Below are positions 46,233 through 56,800 of a DNA stretch of 64,000 nucleotides, one piece after another (the stretch's first letter is position 1; each line of letters opens with the position of its first letter). This DNA comes from Trypanosoma brucei (taxonomy: Eukaryota). A program made the translations under genes and the position numbers. The notes below the pieces were generated by a model. That model was not told the DNA's origin and made no database searches. It saw nothing but the letters and a program-made list of their open reading frames with translations. The DNA lies in the NCBI GenBank assembly GCA_000002445.1, contig CM000207.1, forward strand, positions 1,664,001 through 1,728,000, read 5' to 3'.

Positions 46233-48041
46233 TCACAACTCGGGAATCGCCTTGAAAATGTAAGCGGCAGGTTTCCGCTTCTGAATCTGTACCGCCGCAT
46301 TGATTACATCGGGCCAGCGGACCTCACGTTCGGTTCGTCGTTGCATGAAGCGTAGGGGCTGAAAACCAGCGAAACTCCCGGTGCGGGTGTAATGACTTTC
46401 GTAAAACCATTTCACAGGGCGAGACTGAATGCGGCGCTGCTTCCGGAAATCCGCGTCTGTGGTGTCGGGAACATGTTCCTGATACTGTTCCTGAGAAGGG
46501 GTATTCTCTATGCCCCATTCCATTTGAGGTGCCCAGAAGCGGAAATCCGCCCACTCCTCCTTCCAGTACCACGCTCTCATCTCAGACATTTTTGCCGACC
46601 GAAGTGTGCCGTCAGGCTGCCGAATAACAAAGCGCCTCCTCTTTTCATTCGTCGGATCGAGCTCCAGTTTCTTTAAAGCTTCATGGCCCACGTTGACACC
46701 AATTTCAGCGAACATCCAGTTATGCTCGGACTTGTTGGCGTGCTGGCGATGGGGGCCTGCCCAAATAGGCATTTGCCCGTACTGTTGTACCGGCTCTCCC
46801 GTCCTTCCAATCATCTCGGGAAACATACGACGGTACACGTCGTAATTGTCTCCCCAGTAATCTTCGTAATCTTGCTCCGTTTGCAAAAAACGGTAAGGAT
46901 CATCCATTTCCCACACATTCGCATAACTCGCCTCGCGTCGGTTCACAAGATCCCGAAAGAGGAACCTATCACTATAGAACGTAATCTTTTGCTCTGCAAA
47001 TCGCATTTTCCCATAGAAGAGTCCATGCTTACGCGCACGGACGTCCCGTATCCACTCCAACGCGAAGAGTCTTTTCGGCAGGGACCAGTCAGGTTCCACG
47101 CAGGCGTCATAGCAAGCCTTGAAGTGGTGCCACACAAGAATTTTGCGGACCAGAGTAAAATCTAGTCCATACATCTTCGACAACCGCTCGGGTGGCCACC
47201 TCTCAGGCGCCTTGCTCCAGAGAGCAAAGAGTTCTGGGCCCAACTCATCACGAACCTTATAATCCTCATTTATTTCGTAACGAAGTCGCTTGGACATATC
47301 AAAGAATTCAGGCGTACCCAAACTTGTTTGGAACGCTATTTTCCGCTGTAACTGCTCTTTGTTGTGTGGTGAATTCTGGGTCAAAGCTTCCAGCCAAAGA
47401 ATGTCGACCGGGGACATAACCGCTAACAAAGGGCGGATTCGCCTGTCAAAGTGCTCTCGTAAACGCTGCATTCCTTCTTCGTCAAGGGACTTAAACCATT
47501 CGTTGAGGAACTGGATGTAATCACCAAATGTACAGGGATAACCTGCGTTGCGGTCACCGAACTCAAGCGTCTTCCACCGTTCTTTGATGATGTTACGAAT
47601 AACGTCGTCATCAGACATTGTATTATCTTTTCCGGAAGCTAGTGAGCGCATATAACTTCTATACGTTGCTATCTTCTCCGCATTCGTTTTGCTCTTTAGT
47701 TTTAACAGCTCGAGAGAAAGAATGTTCTGAAGATACCATGCACCAAACGGATTTGCCCACCAGGGGATGTCGTATCGCCGGTCTTTAAGCGATTTTGGCA
47801 TGTCCATGAACGGCTGCAACGCCTCATCCATATCCTCGGATCGCGGCCGAGATTGCCAAAGATCCCATTGGGGAGCATCAAAAGACTTCATTACACTTAA
47901 ATCCCTCGTCCAAACCTTAGGGTCACGCCACTGCAGCGGCTTCGGGGGCTCCGTTAAAACGTGGTGTTTCCATGATTTGTGCTCACGGGGCCCCCGTTTG
48001 TTAAATGGGTATCGGCGCTGGATGTAAGCCCGTCGAAGCAT
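46233..48041 (-). CDS. Conserved kinetoplastid hypothetical protein, W/R-rich, with a predicted N-terminal mitochondrial presequence (possibly mitoribosomal). The start is the ATG at MLRRAYIQRRYPF; the ORF-track M at 48158 is GTG.
   Basis: A long open frame with very high Trp/Arg/Tyr content (WWANPFGAWY, WEMDDPYRF, WYWKEEWADFRFWAPQMEW). The N-terminus MLRRAYIQRRYPFNKRG is basic and amphipathic. Confidence 0.6.
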   Translation of the reverse strand: MLRRAYIQRRYPFNKRGPREHKSWKHHVLTEPPKPLQWRDPKVWTRDLSVMKSFDAPQWDLWQSRPRSEDMDEALQPFMDMPKSLKDRRYDIPWWANPFGAWYLQNILSLELLKLKSKTNAEKIATYRSYMRSLASGKDNTMSDDDVIRNIIKERWKTLEFGDRNAGYPCTFGDYIQFLNEWFKSLDEEGMQRLREHFDRRIRPLLAVMSPVDILWLEALTQNSPHNKEQLQRKIAFQTSLGTPEFFDMSKRLRYEINEDYKVRDELGPELFALWSKAPERWPPERLSKMYGLDFTLVRKILVWHHFKACYDACVEPDWSLPKRLFALEWIRDVRARKHGLFYGKMRFAEQKITFYSDRFLFRDLVNRREASYANVWEMDDPYRFLQTEQDYEDYWGDNYDVYRRMFPEMIGRTGEPVQQYGQMPIWAGPHRQHANKSEHNWMFAEIGVNVGHEALKKLELDPTNEKRRRFVIRQPDGTLRSAKMSEMRAWYWKEEWADFRFWAPQMEWGIENTPSQEQYQEHVPDTTDADFRKQRRIQSRPVKWFYESHYTRTGSFAGFQPLRFMQRRTEREVRWPDVINAAVQIQKRKPAAYIFKAIPEL

Positions 48042-48439
48042 GCGTCTGCCGCTATTTTTGAATCCTTCGACAGGGGTAACACACCTATGCTTCGCTATGC
48101 AGCACGATAGATCAAACAGGTAATTGTTTCCTCTCCTTTTGGGTGTGTTCTGACCCACTTAACTACGCTTATATTCATGCACATGCATGTTTGGCAAAGT
48201 ACGGATACTAAACGGTTGAGCGCTTGGGGCAAACAACAGCACGTGCAATTACGCAGACACTTACACACAGATACGCAGGAAAGGGAAAAAAGTAGTGGAT
48301 GTAGCAAACACCATTGTATCCAAACGACAACGTGCATATGCAAACGAAGGAATAGCACATCCCCTCTGGGAGCAGCGTTGTATGGTTTCAGTGTCCCTTT
48401 CTTTCCTCCCTGTTTTTAAAAGTATCCTACTACCAACAA

Positions 48440-49177
48440 CTAACTGCACCATGTCTGACAAAGGGACCAGTAAGACACATTCCAGCTCGTGAAAAGGGTT
48501 ACCAATAGCATGAACACGACCACCAGGGGGACAGGGTACATTAGCCGCTGCTGCTGTGCCAACATGGGAAGCTCCAAGTAACCCAGAAATACAACGTACG
48601 CATACATCACAAGGCCGACTGTATGCAGACAGTTACCAATTGCCCGGGGCACGCAGGAATTGTGGAGAACTATAGGAAGAAGCACAAACTGAATGACTTT
48701 CGTCCAGATAAAATAAGGAAAATAACCATTGCAGTGAACATCAAATGAATAACGCCAGTCGACCTCCCATCCAGATTCATGCGGTTGACTCGAAGCCGCA
48801 AGAAAATGATTCGCAAATAGCCAAGTTACCGTAGCAATGGCACCGCCTGCAGCAAAGTAACCGAGCAACACAGAATATAGCGTGTTGTACAGAATTTGGA
48901 GCAAACCTCCTCGCAACGCCAAACCATACGCTGCAACTGTTAGAACTAAGGAAAATATCTGAAGTACAATAAAGGCAGGGTCATCCCTGTGATAATGATT
49001 CTTAGTCATTTTCCGCGCCTTACTCATTTTACTAATCAACGACGGCTTCACACAAAGGGAATACATCTGGGCCAATGCCGAATCCAACTCCATCTGATCA
49101 TACTGAAAGGCACGTCGAGCAAACTCGGGCAACCTGGACACCCATCTCGACGAGAGCGTGAACCCTCCTTGTGCCAT
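48440..49177 (-). CDS. UNC-50 family (GMH1-like) Golgi membrane protein
   Basis: The UNC-50 signature KNHYHRDDPAFIVLQ is followed by five predicted transmembrane segments. ATG at 49175-49177. Confidence 0.8.
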   Translation of the reverse strand: MAQGGFTLSSRWVSRLPEFARRAFQYDQMELDSALAQMYSLCVKPSLISKMSKARKMTKNHYHRDDPAFIVLQIFSLVLTVAAYGLALRGGLLQILYNTLYSVLLGYFAAGGAIATVTWLFANHFLAASSQPHESGWEVDWRYSFDVHCNGYFPYFIWTKVIQFVLLPIVLHNSCVPRAIGNCLHTVGLVMYAYVVFLGYLELPMLAQQQRLMYPVPLVVVFMLLVTLFTSWNVSYWSLCQTWCS

Positions 49178-49496
49178 CTATACCTTGGTATAAGGCGGTT
49201 ACGCTACAGTTATATCGAAGCTATAAAGGGTTCACTTCCTATTTTCACCTACCGAGTAAAGAAAGATAGTACATAATAAATGACTACGATTCCCGCGCGC
49301 CGTAACAGGCTCACTTGCTAAAATGCCTGCAAAGAAATGCATAAATTTTTTATTCTACCACTTTCATGAGGGAAGAAACGCAACACCGGAGTTGAGTGTA
49401 AACCACCCCGCCTTAATCACCTTGAGAAACTTCTTTTCATTCTCCTATGTAATTGTGAACGTACATTCTAAGTGAAGCAGTACCCTGCTCTTTTAT

Positions 49497-50927
49497 CTAC
49501 ATATTATCGGACTGGTTGATTGTGCGGTTGAACGACTTCTTTAGAAATGTGGTGTCACACGAATAATGTCCCGGCCCAGGAAACCTATCAACAGTCCGCT
49601 TAAACCTGCCATCACAGCCCCACTTACTTCGTCCAGAGCTCGCTCTACCAAACGAGGAGTCATGGCAGACATCATATTGCCCGGGGCCCGGGTAATCGCT
49701 CCTGGTGGCTGTAGAAGTTAAACGGGGAGCAGAGCCGAGGTAGCCACCACTAGTACATTTGGGCTTTATAAAGTCGTAATGTTCATCATCCAGAAAATTC
49801 ATAGTGCCTTGATGAGCTTTTGGCTTGATAAATTCAGAGACAGCTTCATTTAGTACGCGCAAGGGATGAATGCGGCGAGGTACACGCTCAGCTTCACGAT
49901 GGGGTACAAGGTCATCCCTCTCTTCAGCCGGTTTTGGTGTTGGAAAACGGGCGACGTTAGACCAAAATGGAACTGAAGCCAACTGGTATTTTGGCCCCTT
50001 CCTCGGAATCTGGGCGTCGTATGATCCGGGCCCAATGTTCGACCGCGCCGGGTATTTTATCCTCTCGGATACCGAGATGAATGGTTTACACCTCCCTTCC
50101 TCGCTATGCACATGAGGCCGTCGCGGGGCAATTTCACCCGTGTACGCTCCCGGACCAGGATATGGGTTTGGCCCATAGGGGCCATCCCGAGCTGATTTGG
50201 TTCCAAAAGCAATTAAAGTCTCTGGATTTGCTGCCCTGTATTGCTCTTTACTCCGAAAAACACTGGGCAAATTGTAGGCTCCTGGGCCCGGGTTGCCGCT
50301 TCCACCACCGTTCTGCGAACGCTCAGTTTTGGAAGTGAATGAAATGGTGGGCTTCCTATTGTAGATCGACGTAAAGGAACCGGCAGATTCGTAATGTCCG
50401 GGGCCGGGACATTTGTTTGTTTCGAGTGGCTTACGGCCGCTATACTCATCGAAACATAACGTTCCCGACTTCGAGCGACGGTGCTTGCAGTTCGGATCAT
50501 AATAACCGGGCCCTGGGGCAATGTGTCCCGTTGTATCTGGTTGGCGAGAAAATCTGATCGGATGGGAACGCGACCGACGCTTGGTCGGGTGTCCATCAAC
50601 CGTGTACGCACCAGGCCCGGGGAAGTCATTGGCCCCATAACCGGCAAACCGTTCTACCTTGGAATTAAAAGGAACCGTTGATATACAACCCTTCTGCAAA
50701 TCGGCTGGTGTGATGTTGTAGGTACCAACACCAGGTATAGCAGCAGCAGCTTCTGCTCCAAACCGTTTGCTAGTGCTGCCAAACGGCGCCATACCACGGC
50801 AACTACGTTGATAGCTGACGTTTATGTCATACGACCCAGGACCAACTCCTGGACCAGTACAGCCTCCAGCACATATACCGGGGACTTTCGCTCTGGAAAG
50901 AGGCAATTCTTCGACCAAATAACTCAT
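49497..50927 (-). CDS. Sperm-tail PG-rich repeat (STPG) protein, likely flagellar/axonemal
   Basis: About nine copies of the PGPGxY / GPGSY motif (GPGSYD, PGPGAYTVD, PGPGYYDPN, PGPGHYESA, PGPGAYNLP, PGPGAYTGE, IGPGSYDAQ, PGPGQYDVC, PGPGHYSCD) at regular ~45-aa spacing. ATG at 50925-50927. Confidence 0.8.
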   Translation of the reverse strand: MSYLVEELPLSRAKVPGICAGGCTGPGVGPGSYDINVSYQRSCRGMAPFGSTSKRFGAEAAAAIPGVGTYNITPADLQKGCISTVPFNSKVERFAGYGANDFPGPGAYTVDGHPTKRRSRSHPIRFSRQPDTTGHIAPGPGYYDPNCKHRRSKSGTLCFDEYSGRKPLETNKCPGPGHYESAGSFTSIYNRKPTISFTSKTERSQNGGGSGNPGPGAYNLPSVFRSKEQYRAANPETLIAFGTKSARDGPYGPNPYPGPGAYTGEIAPRRPHVHSEEGRCKPFISVSERIKYPARSNIGPGSYDAQIPRKGPKYQLASVPFWSNVARFPTPKPAEERDDLVPHREAERVPRRIHPLRVLNEAVSEFIKPKAHQGTMNFLDDEHYDFIKPKCTSGGYLGSAPRLTSTATRSDYPGPGQYDVCHDSSFGRASSGRSKWGCDGRFKRTVDRFPGPGHYSCDTTFLKKSFNRTINQSDNM

Positions 50928-51229
50928 CTCCTTGGTGGAAGTAAAAAAGGTAAGATAGTTTGGATATTAATGATAACAGCAATCGCAAATGAACACGCCA
51001 ACGACGTTAAAAGGAAATGATTCCTTACAGCACACCCTTATCCTCGAAAAAAAAAACGCAAACAAGCTGTAGCTACATCGCCTCTAAATGCGAGGCAGAT
51101 ACACTGCACAGCATTGTCTCCTTGTATTATTTCGATGTCCCCTTGACTAGTGTGCGCAACTGTTGAGCAAGAGCTCACCTCACTCCACTATCATATTGAC
51201 TGCCGATTTTACGTCGGATTTTTGTATGC

Positions 51230-53875
51230 TCATATGGTAAAAAATAGAAACACCATTAAGCTTACAATAATACACAACACCACTACAATATGAGATGCAA
51301 AAAAACGGCAGCTTATTCTTTTAAACGGTCGAGATGCGCAGTTCGAACAGAAAAGTGTATCGGATTGAGGCTTATTGTATGCGACCGAGCCTAGTTTGAA
51401 CATCACGAAACACTGGTTACAATAAGGAAAAGAAATAGATTGACTGATTTCTGTCCTGGTGAGCGAACCCCCTCTGGGACAACGGGGTTTACTGCGGCAA
51501 CACGAACCGTAAACCTCTTCACAAAGGAAACATTCCCAAATTGCTGACTGTTGAGGATGGTTCACACAACAATGTTTGTCTGATGAGAGAAGCCAGAGCT
51601 TGTGTCCGTTGCTGCATTGTGGGATCCATGACTTGTAGTATAACTCAAAAACAAAAACGAGGGCTGTCTCCATCCACTCCGTTAAAGTGACCAAATGTGG
51701 AAATTCGTCACTGAAACCAGCATTAGAAGACTGGGCATAGAAAGGAATACCCTCGTTTTCAGCATTGAATCTTACATCTACAGGTCCCGAAAATTTGCAC
51801 GACATCCGAGTACCACGAAAATAAAGATCCTTACTGTCCCCCACACGATCCGTATATTCTCCTTCACCAGAAGGACGTGAGGAAGCGCTCGTCGCTGCCG
51901 TTAATCTGGACACGCGAGAGGAGCGTCGTTCGTCAACCACACGTATTATTCCGTCAAAAGATTTCGCAAGATAATCAAGAGATAAACGCAATGAACACTT
52001 TGTATCATCGCTTATACCATCCTCCCCCAGCCGCACCTCCGTAGCCAGATAAACTTCGGCAAGAAAATGAAGCGTTTCCTCGGCGTGTGGTTTCATTATT
52101 CGCACTATTCCATCTTCGCCCATCCAATTTAGAGTAAAGTAGCGACAGATTGTTTCGATGATACCGCATCTTGCATTAGTAGTAGCGTTACTCACTTCAC
52201 GAAACACGTTTTGTACCGCTGTGGATGTGAATACTTCAACACACCGTGACCAAATCGTCGCTCCTGTAACGTCGATAGCTTCCAAAAAGCTGCTTCTCAA
52301 GAACATGAGAATGACGTCAAACAGGATAAAACTATAAGCTTCATAATGATGAACAACGTACGACTCGCTTACATCATCCACACGTCCTGTAGGACTCACC
52401 ACGGCATACCACAGCTCAAGTGCATTGTTAAAGTGTTCTCTTCTGCAGTCATCGTAATTCTCAAATGAGATCAGTGCTTGACGCAAGACACTTAGAGTAT
52501 TTCGATAAAACGAAATGTGGGGATTAAGCACATCCCACACCGCAGGGGTAATATGAGAATCACAAAAATCTTTTCTCACTGCATTATCACCTTCCCAACA
52601 GCTTGTATAAATTCTCCCGCGATCTTTCTGACAAAGTGCGAAAAGGCACTCTGTCAAAAAAGGAACTAGTCTGAATACCAGCGCAGCCGAAGCAACGTCT
52701 CTGCAAGAAAGTCGATGTTTCTCACGGTCTACCTTACTTACACTCCTCGCCCAGAGATGACTTGGTGCCGATAAAAGCAACGCAGCCGTAACGTCTGATA
52801 CCGACCACTGAATATCTCCGAAAGAACGCTTGGAACTAAGTTTCTGAATGCAAGTTGACGATACAAAATATTGAATGTAAGCAGTCAACAACCGGTGGTA
52901 TAAAGGCAACCCCGTAATATATGAACCTTTAAATAAACGAACAACTGCCTTGAAAAATACATTGATTTTTCCTCCCATAGCATTTATTCGAGGTAGCCTC
53001 ACAACGTCGCTACAGCATTCCTCTGTACGGCGGACGCCGTAGAGTAGCATACGCAAAATGAAATAAGAAATTGGCGAACACCGAAGGGAAGTCAAAACAC
53101 GCCTACTGCTCGGTTCCAGTCGTGTCACGAGTGGTGGTGCCCAGAACGGTACAAGCATTAATGGGGGGCAGCGGGAACGTGGAAGGTCAAACAAGTTGGC
53201 TTCGGGTGCCTCCTCAAACAGCTCATGAAACGTGGGATGGAAGGTGGAAAACGGAAAGTCAAAATAACGGAGGTACGAGCCAGTTTCTATTTCGGTTTCA
53301 GCGTCTCCCTTCCAAGATTTCTTTAGCTTTACAGCAAAGTCATGTTGCGGAAGCGACAGGGCCTCCAGCAAGTAACAGAAATAGCCCCCAGGAGCCAAGA
53401 ATCGAAATAGTGCGAGCGCTGTTTTACCATTGGGGTTTGAGTTTGCAACATCCATCCATGATAATTCACCCGCTCCACTTCTACGTCCGTCGTGGAAAGG
53501 GGAACCAAACGTCATATCGCATATGTTGAGAAACCCACCTTTGTCCAAAAATGTGTCTAATACCAGTTTCGTTTCATAGTGAAGTGGTTGAAGTGGAAAA
53601 GAAACACGTTTGAAAAAATCTTCTAGAGAACTTATTTTTTTATCTACACCCATGCTTAATATAACTACGGCTACAAATTCTACAACTCTAAAACCAGCAG
53701 TACGAGCAAAGGGAGAAGCACAAAAAATGAAAAGACGTATTAGGAAACCAAGAATCAGAAGTGGACTCTTAAAATAGACATGCAAAAGCGAGGGTCCCCC
53801 CAAGCACGGGGTCGGTGGGTTAACAGCAATAAAATGATAGCTCATTATATCATTAACTAAACCCTCGTGCAACAT
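51230..53875 (-). CDS. Large hypothetical protein (881 aa) with a C-terminal Cys-rich region and a C-terminal transmembrane segment
   Basis: ATG at 53873-53875. There are no recognisable catalytic motifs. The C-terminus CVNHPQQSAIWECFLCEEVYGSCCRSKPRCPRGG...CNQCFVMF...CSNCASRP ends with a hydrophobic tail (IVVVLCIIVSLMVFLFFTI). This is the first gene of the minus-strand unit, adjacent to the strand-switch region. Confidence 0.55.
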   Translation of the reverse strand: MLHEGLVNDIMSYHFIAVNPPTPCLGGPSLLHVYFKSPLLILGFLIRLFIFCASPFARTAGFRVVEFVAVVILSMGVDKKISSLEDFFKRVSFPLQPLHYETKLVLDTFLDKGGFLNICDMTFGSPFHDGRRSGAGELSWMDVANSNPNGKTALALFRFLAPGGYFCYLLEALSLPQHDFAVKLKKSWKGDAETEIETGSYLRYFDFPFSTFHPTFHELFEEAPEANLFDLPRSRCPPLMLVPFWAPPLVTRLEPSSRRVLTSLRCSPISYFILRMLLYGVRRTEECCSDVVRLPRINAMGGKINVFFKAVVRLFKGSYITGLPLYHRLLTAYIQYFVSSTCIQKLSSKRSFGDIQWSVSDVTAALLLSAPSHLWARSVSKVDREKHRLSCRDVASAALVFRLVPFLTECLFALCQKDRGRIYTSCWEGDNAVRKDFCDSHITPAVWDVLNPHISFYRNTLSVLRQALISFENYDDCRREHFNNALELWYAVVSPTGRVDDVSESYVVHHYEAYSFILFDVILMFLRSSFLEAIDVTGATIWSRCVEVFTSTAVQNVFREVSNATTNARCGIIETICRYFTLNWMGEDGIVRIMKPHAEETLHFLAEVYLATEVRLGEDGISDDTKCSLRLSLDYLAKSFDGIIRVVDERRSSRVSRLTAATSASSRPSGEGEYTDRVGDSKDLYFRGTRMSCKFSGPVDVRFNAENEGIPFYAQSSNAGFSDEFPHLVTLTEWMETALVFVFELYYKSWIPQCSNGHKLWLLSSDKHCCVNHPQQSAIWECFLCEEVYGSCCRSKPRCPRGGSLTRTEISQSISFPYCNQCFVMFKLGSVAYNKPQSDTLFCSNCASRPFKRISCRFFASHIVVVLCIIVSLMVFLFFTI

Positions 53876-56800
53876 CAGAGTACCAGTCTCGGCGCTATTT
53901 CATTACGAAAGAAAAGCGCAAAAAGCTATAACAGTGATTCGAAAGAATGGAAAGCCCCTCGAAGGCACTAATCTTCGCGGGTCTTGATCAGCGTTACATC
54001 CGAAATAACATAACTTCCTTTCCGCACTTCCCATATTCACACCTCAAATCGGCGAAATAAACTGCAAGTACCGAGAGATAGTATCGGCAGTAAAATTGTT
54101 GGAATTGCATGATATTATGGACCACATACGACCCTCAGTCAACACGTCTTCCGGAACAATAGTAGACATAACAGAAAAAAGGAACGAAAATCACCAAAAA
54201 AGCAACTTGAACCACTAACCCATCCTCAGAGGCACTATCGAACGTGTACTGGAATAAAACGATCACAACTCCATCGATAAGGTGAATAAAAATATGAAAC
54301 CAGAACAAAAATGGAAAGATATCACATGTGAATGTCCTTTTGTTTTCAAAAAGAAAAAAAAAAAAGAAAAACGCGTGGCCCCCGTCCTCCGCACACAGGT
54401 GTCGGCTGGGGACCACTTACGCAAAAAAAAAGTTAGATTTAACATAATTCTAGATTCAAAGGACACCTGAAAGACCGTCCGTTTACGTTTGCTGCCTTTC
54501 CACACACATATAGACAGCTGAAACATCTGCAAAGTGACGGTAGCACCCAGCTAACCGCAGCAACGGCATCTGCAGTCGGTCCAAGTGCTCTCCCGGACTA
54601 CTCCACACAACCCCCCATAGTAGGTCTATACACCCTCTTCCCTAAAACTAAATATCTTGACAATTAAGGAACTACCACCTAACTTCCCACACACCCCTGA
54701 GTATTCGGTGCCTGAGATCCCCCAACCTCTGGCTCACTATAACCTTACGACCCGTTTGGGCGGCAACTGTTGCCGGCACCTTTGCGTGGTTAGCAAAAAA
54801 AATCATTTAAAATCATCCTTATCAAATCTCTTGTGAACCACGACGTCGAAAGTATCAACAATACGAAAAGGTACCTGTATTTTCTTCGCGCATGCTGCTC
54901 CTCTTCACCCGCCGCGACGACTCCAGTCCCTATCTGAACCGTTCGTTCACGCTTTTGTTCTGTCGAGGACAACTTTCATTTGTATATAGTACCTGCACTT
55001 GGGTACCTGAGCTCTGTAAACCCCTCGCTATTATGCGGCGAGGTGCTCATGTTATCGACGGCATGGCAACGGCACGGCTTTTCAGTTGTGCGAGAGGATC
55101 TCGCAACGAGGCGGGAATTACCTTTTACCCCAGTCGTTCCACGGTGGCCCCGTAGGCATTCAGTATTCTTTATACTGGCACTCCCATTTTCCACATCTTC
55201 CCCATCGTACGGCAACAATCTAAAACTGCACGTTGCCTTTCCCGGAGCATGGGAAACCTAAGTCAGCGCCGCATAGGCATCCAAATCTCCGACCGCTGCG
55301 CCACCACCGCACCCTACTTTTTTTTCTTTTCTACAGCTGAAGACGCAGTGCTTCAGCATCGGTGGTCATCTACAGTGCTCGATATTATCCCGGGACCCTG
55401 CTCTGGGCACTTCTCTTTGGCACGCCCTTCTGGCAGACACTCGCCACACACCTTCCCACATATCGAACCGGGTTACATCCATTCGAGCGGTCAAAACGCC
55501 ACACCGACACTACATGAGTGCCCTCCGGAATACCTTGCATCATTGTCCCGCAAGCACGCCCCTGTTCCCGCTCTAACTGTCACACTTGGCTCAGAAATGA
55601 CCTCTCACAAAGAAGAACATTTGGGTTAGAGCCTCAGGCCCTTGTTTCGTGGTCATCCTCCCTAACCCCCCCCAAAAAAAGCCACACATATGCGCTATCA
55701 CTTCGGATGATTCATCGTCGCTTTTTCTTTGCGGTTTCAACTTCCCTGTCATCACTAATCTGGGGTATGCGTTTGGACCCCGGGGGACCAGATTCTACAT
55801 CCCATATCCTTCCCAGCAGGCAATCCTTCGTACCTCCCTCTTCTCCACGTCTTGACGAACCCCCGTATCCGACTTCTCCCTTAACTGTTCAGGTACCGCC
55901 TGGATCACTGGACCTCTGAAACGGGACTCTGCGGACGGGGTACCGACAAGCTCCCGACGTGCATAATCCACTCTGAGGCATTTTTCTAGCTTAATTAATT
56001 GCCTCCATTTGGTCTCCCCTGGGCCTCTTCACCACGTAGCCCGCTGCCGCCCATTTTGCGGAACAGTATCACGTTGCGCGCTAATGCATCACTGGGCACC
56101 TTTGACCATCCACAGGAAGCTGTATGTGTCGCCCTGGAAGCCCCTTCAGCACGGATATAAACGAGGTTTTTCTCGACCCCCTTTCGCAGCGCACTATCTC
56201 CATTAAGTTCCCTCAGCGCTCCCACCGGTACCCGTTGATTTCACCCAAAGTATTTCAGTGTGCCATTGCGGAGCCAAGCGGCAAACCTCTCTTCCAAAGT
56301 TGTCACCCCCTTCCACTTGAGCGCAGGACGTGTGTGTTCGAAGGCTTTTCCTCAGCGCGCAGTGGGCCCTTCCCCCCGTCAAAATAGACATATCCGCCAC
56401 CGCCACTTCCCCGCCCCCCTTGTGCCGGAGCAGCTGCGTCACGGTGTCGGCACCGCGTGTGCGACAGGTTCGCGGCGGAGAGTCCCCCTTTCCGGTCATT
56501 TCATTGTGCTCAATCCCGAAGTGACCGGAAACAAGCCGTGCCGACGTGCACGCGGGTCTGTTGATGAATTGCTCCTGGCAACTTGTGCGGTGTACGTGGC
56601 AAATTCTGCGCAAACCGGCGCTGCACCAGAGGCTTGGAATGAGGGACACGGAGTCAACGAACGTCATAAACCCAACTTCCTCTCTTGCTCCCCACCTTTT
56701 TTTTTCGGAGGTTCTCCGAACGTCACTTCCGTCGCAACGTTCTCTCCTTGTTAACCGCACCCTAGCCTGCGAGCCCCTTTAAATGACCAGGTCCGTTCCC

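Noticed and set aside
56203-56760. 185-aa minus-strand and overlapping 164-aa plus-strand ORFs in the strand-switch region, and also 57022..57495 and 59056..59736
   Set aside because: Overlapping ORFs on both strands are the pattern expected from GC-rich non-coding DNA. The translations are Arg/Pro/Ser-rich and not protein-like, and no motifs are recognisable.
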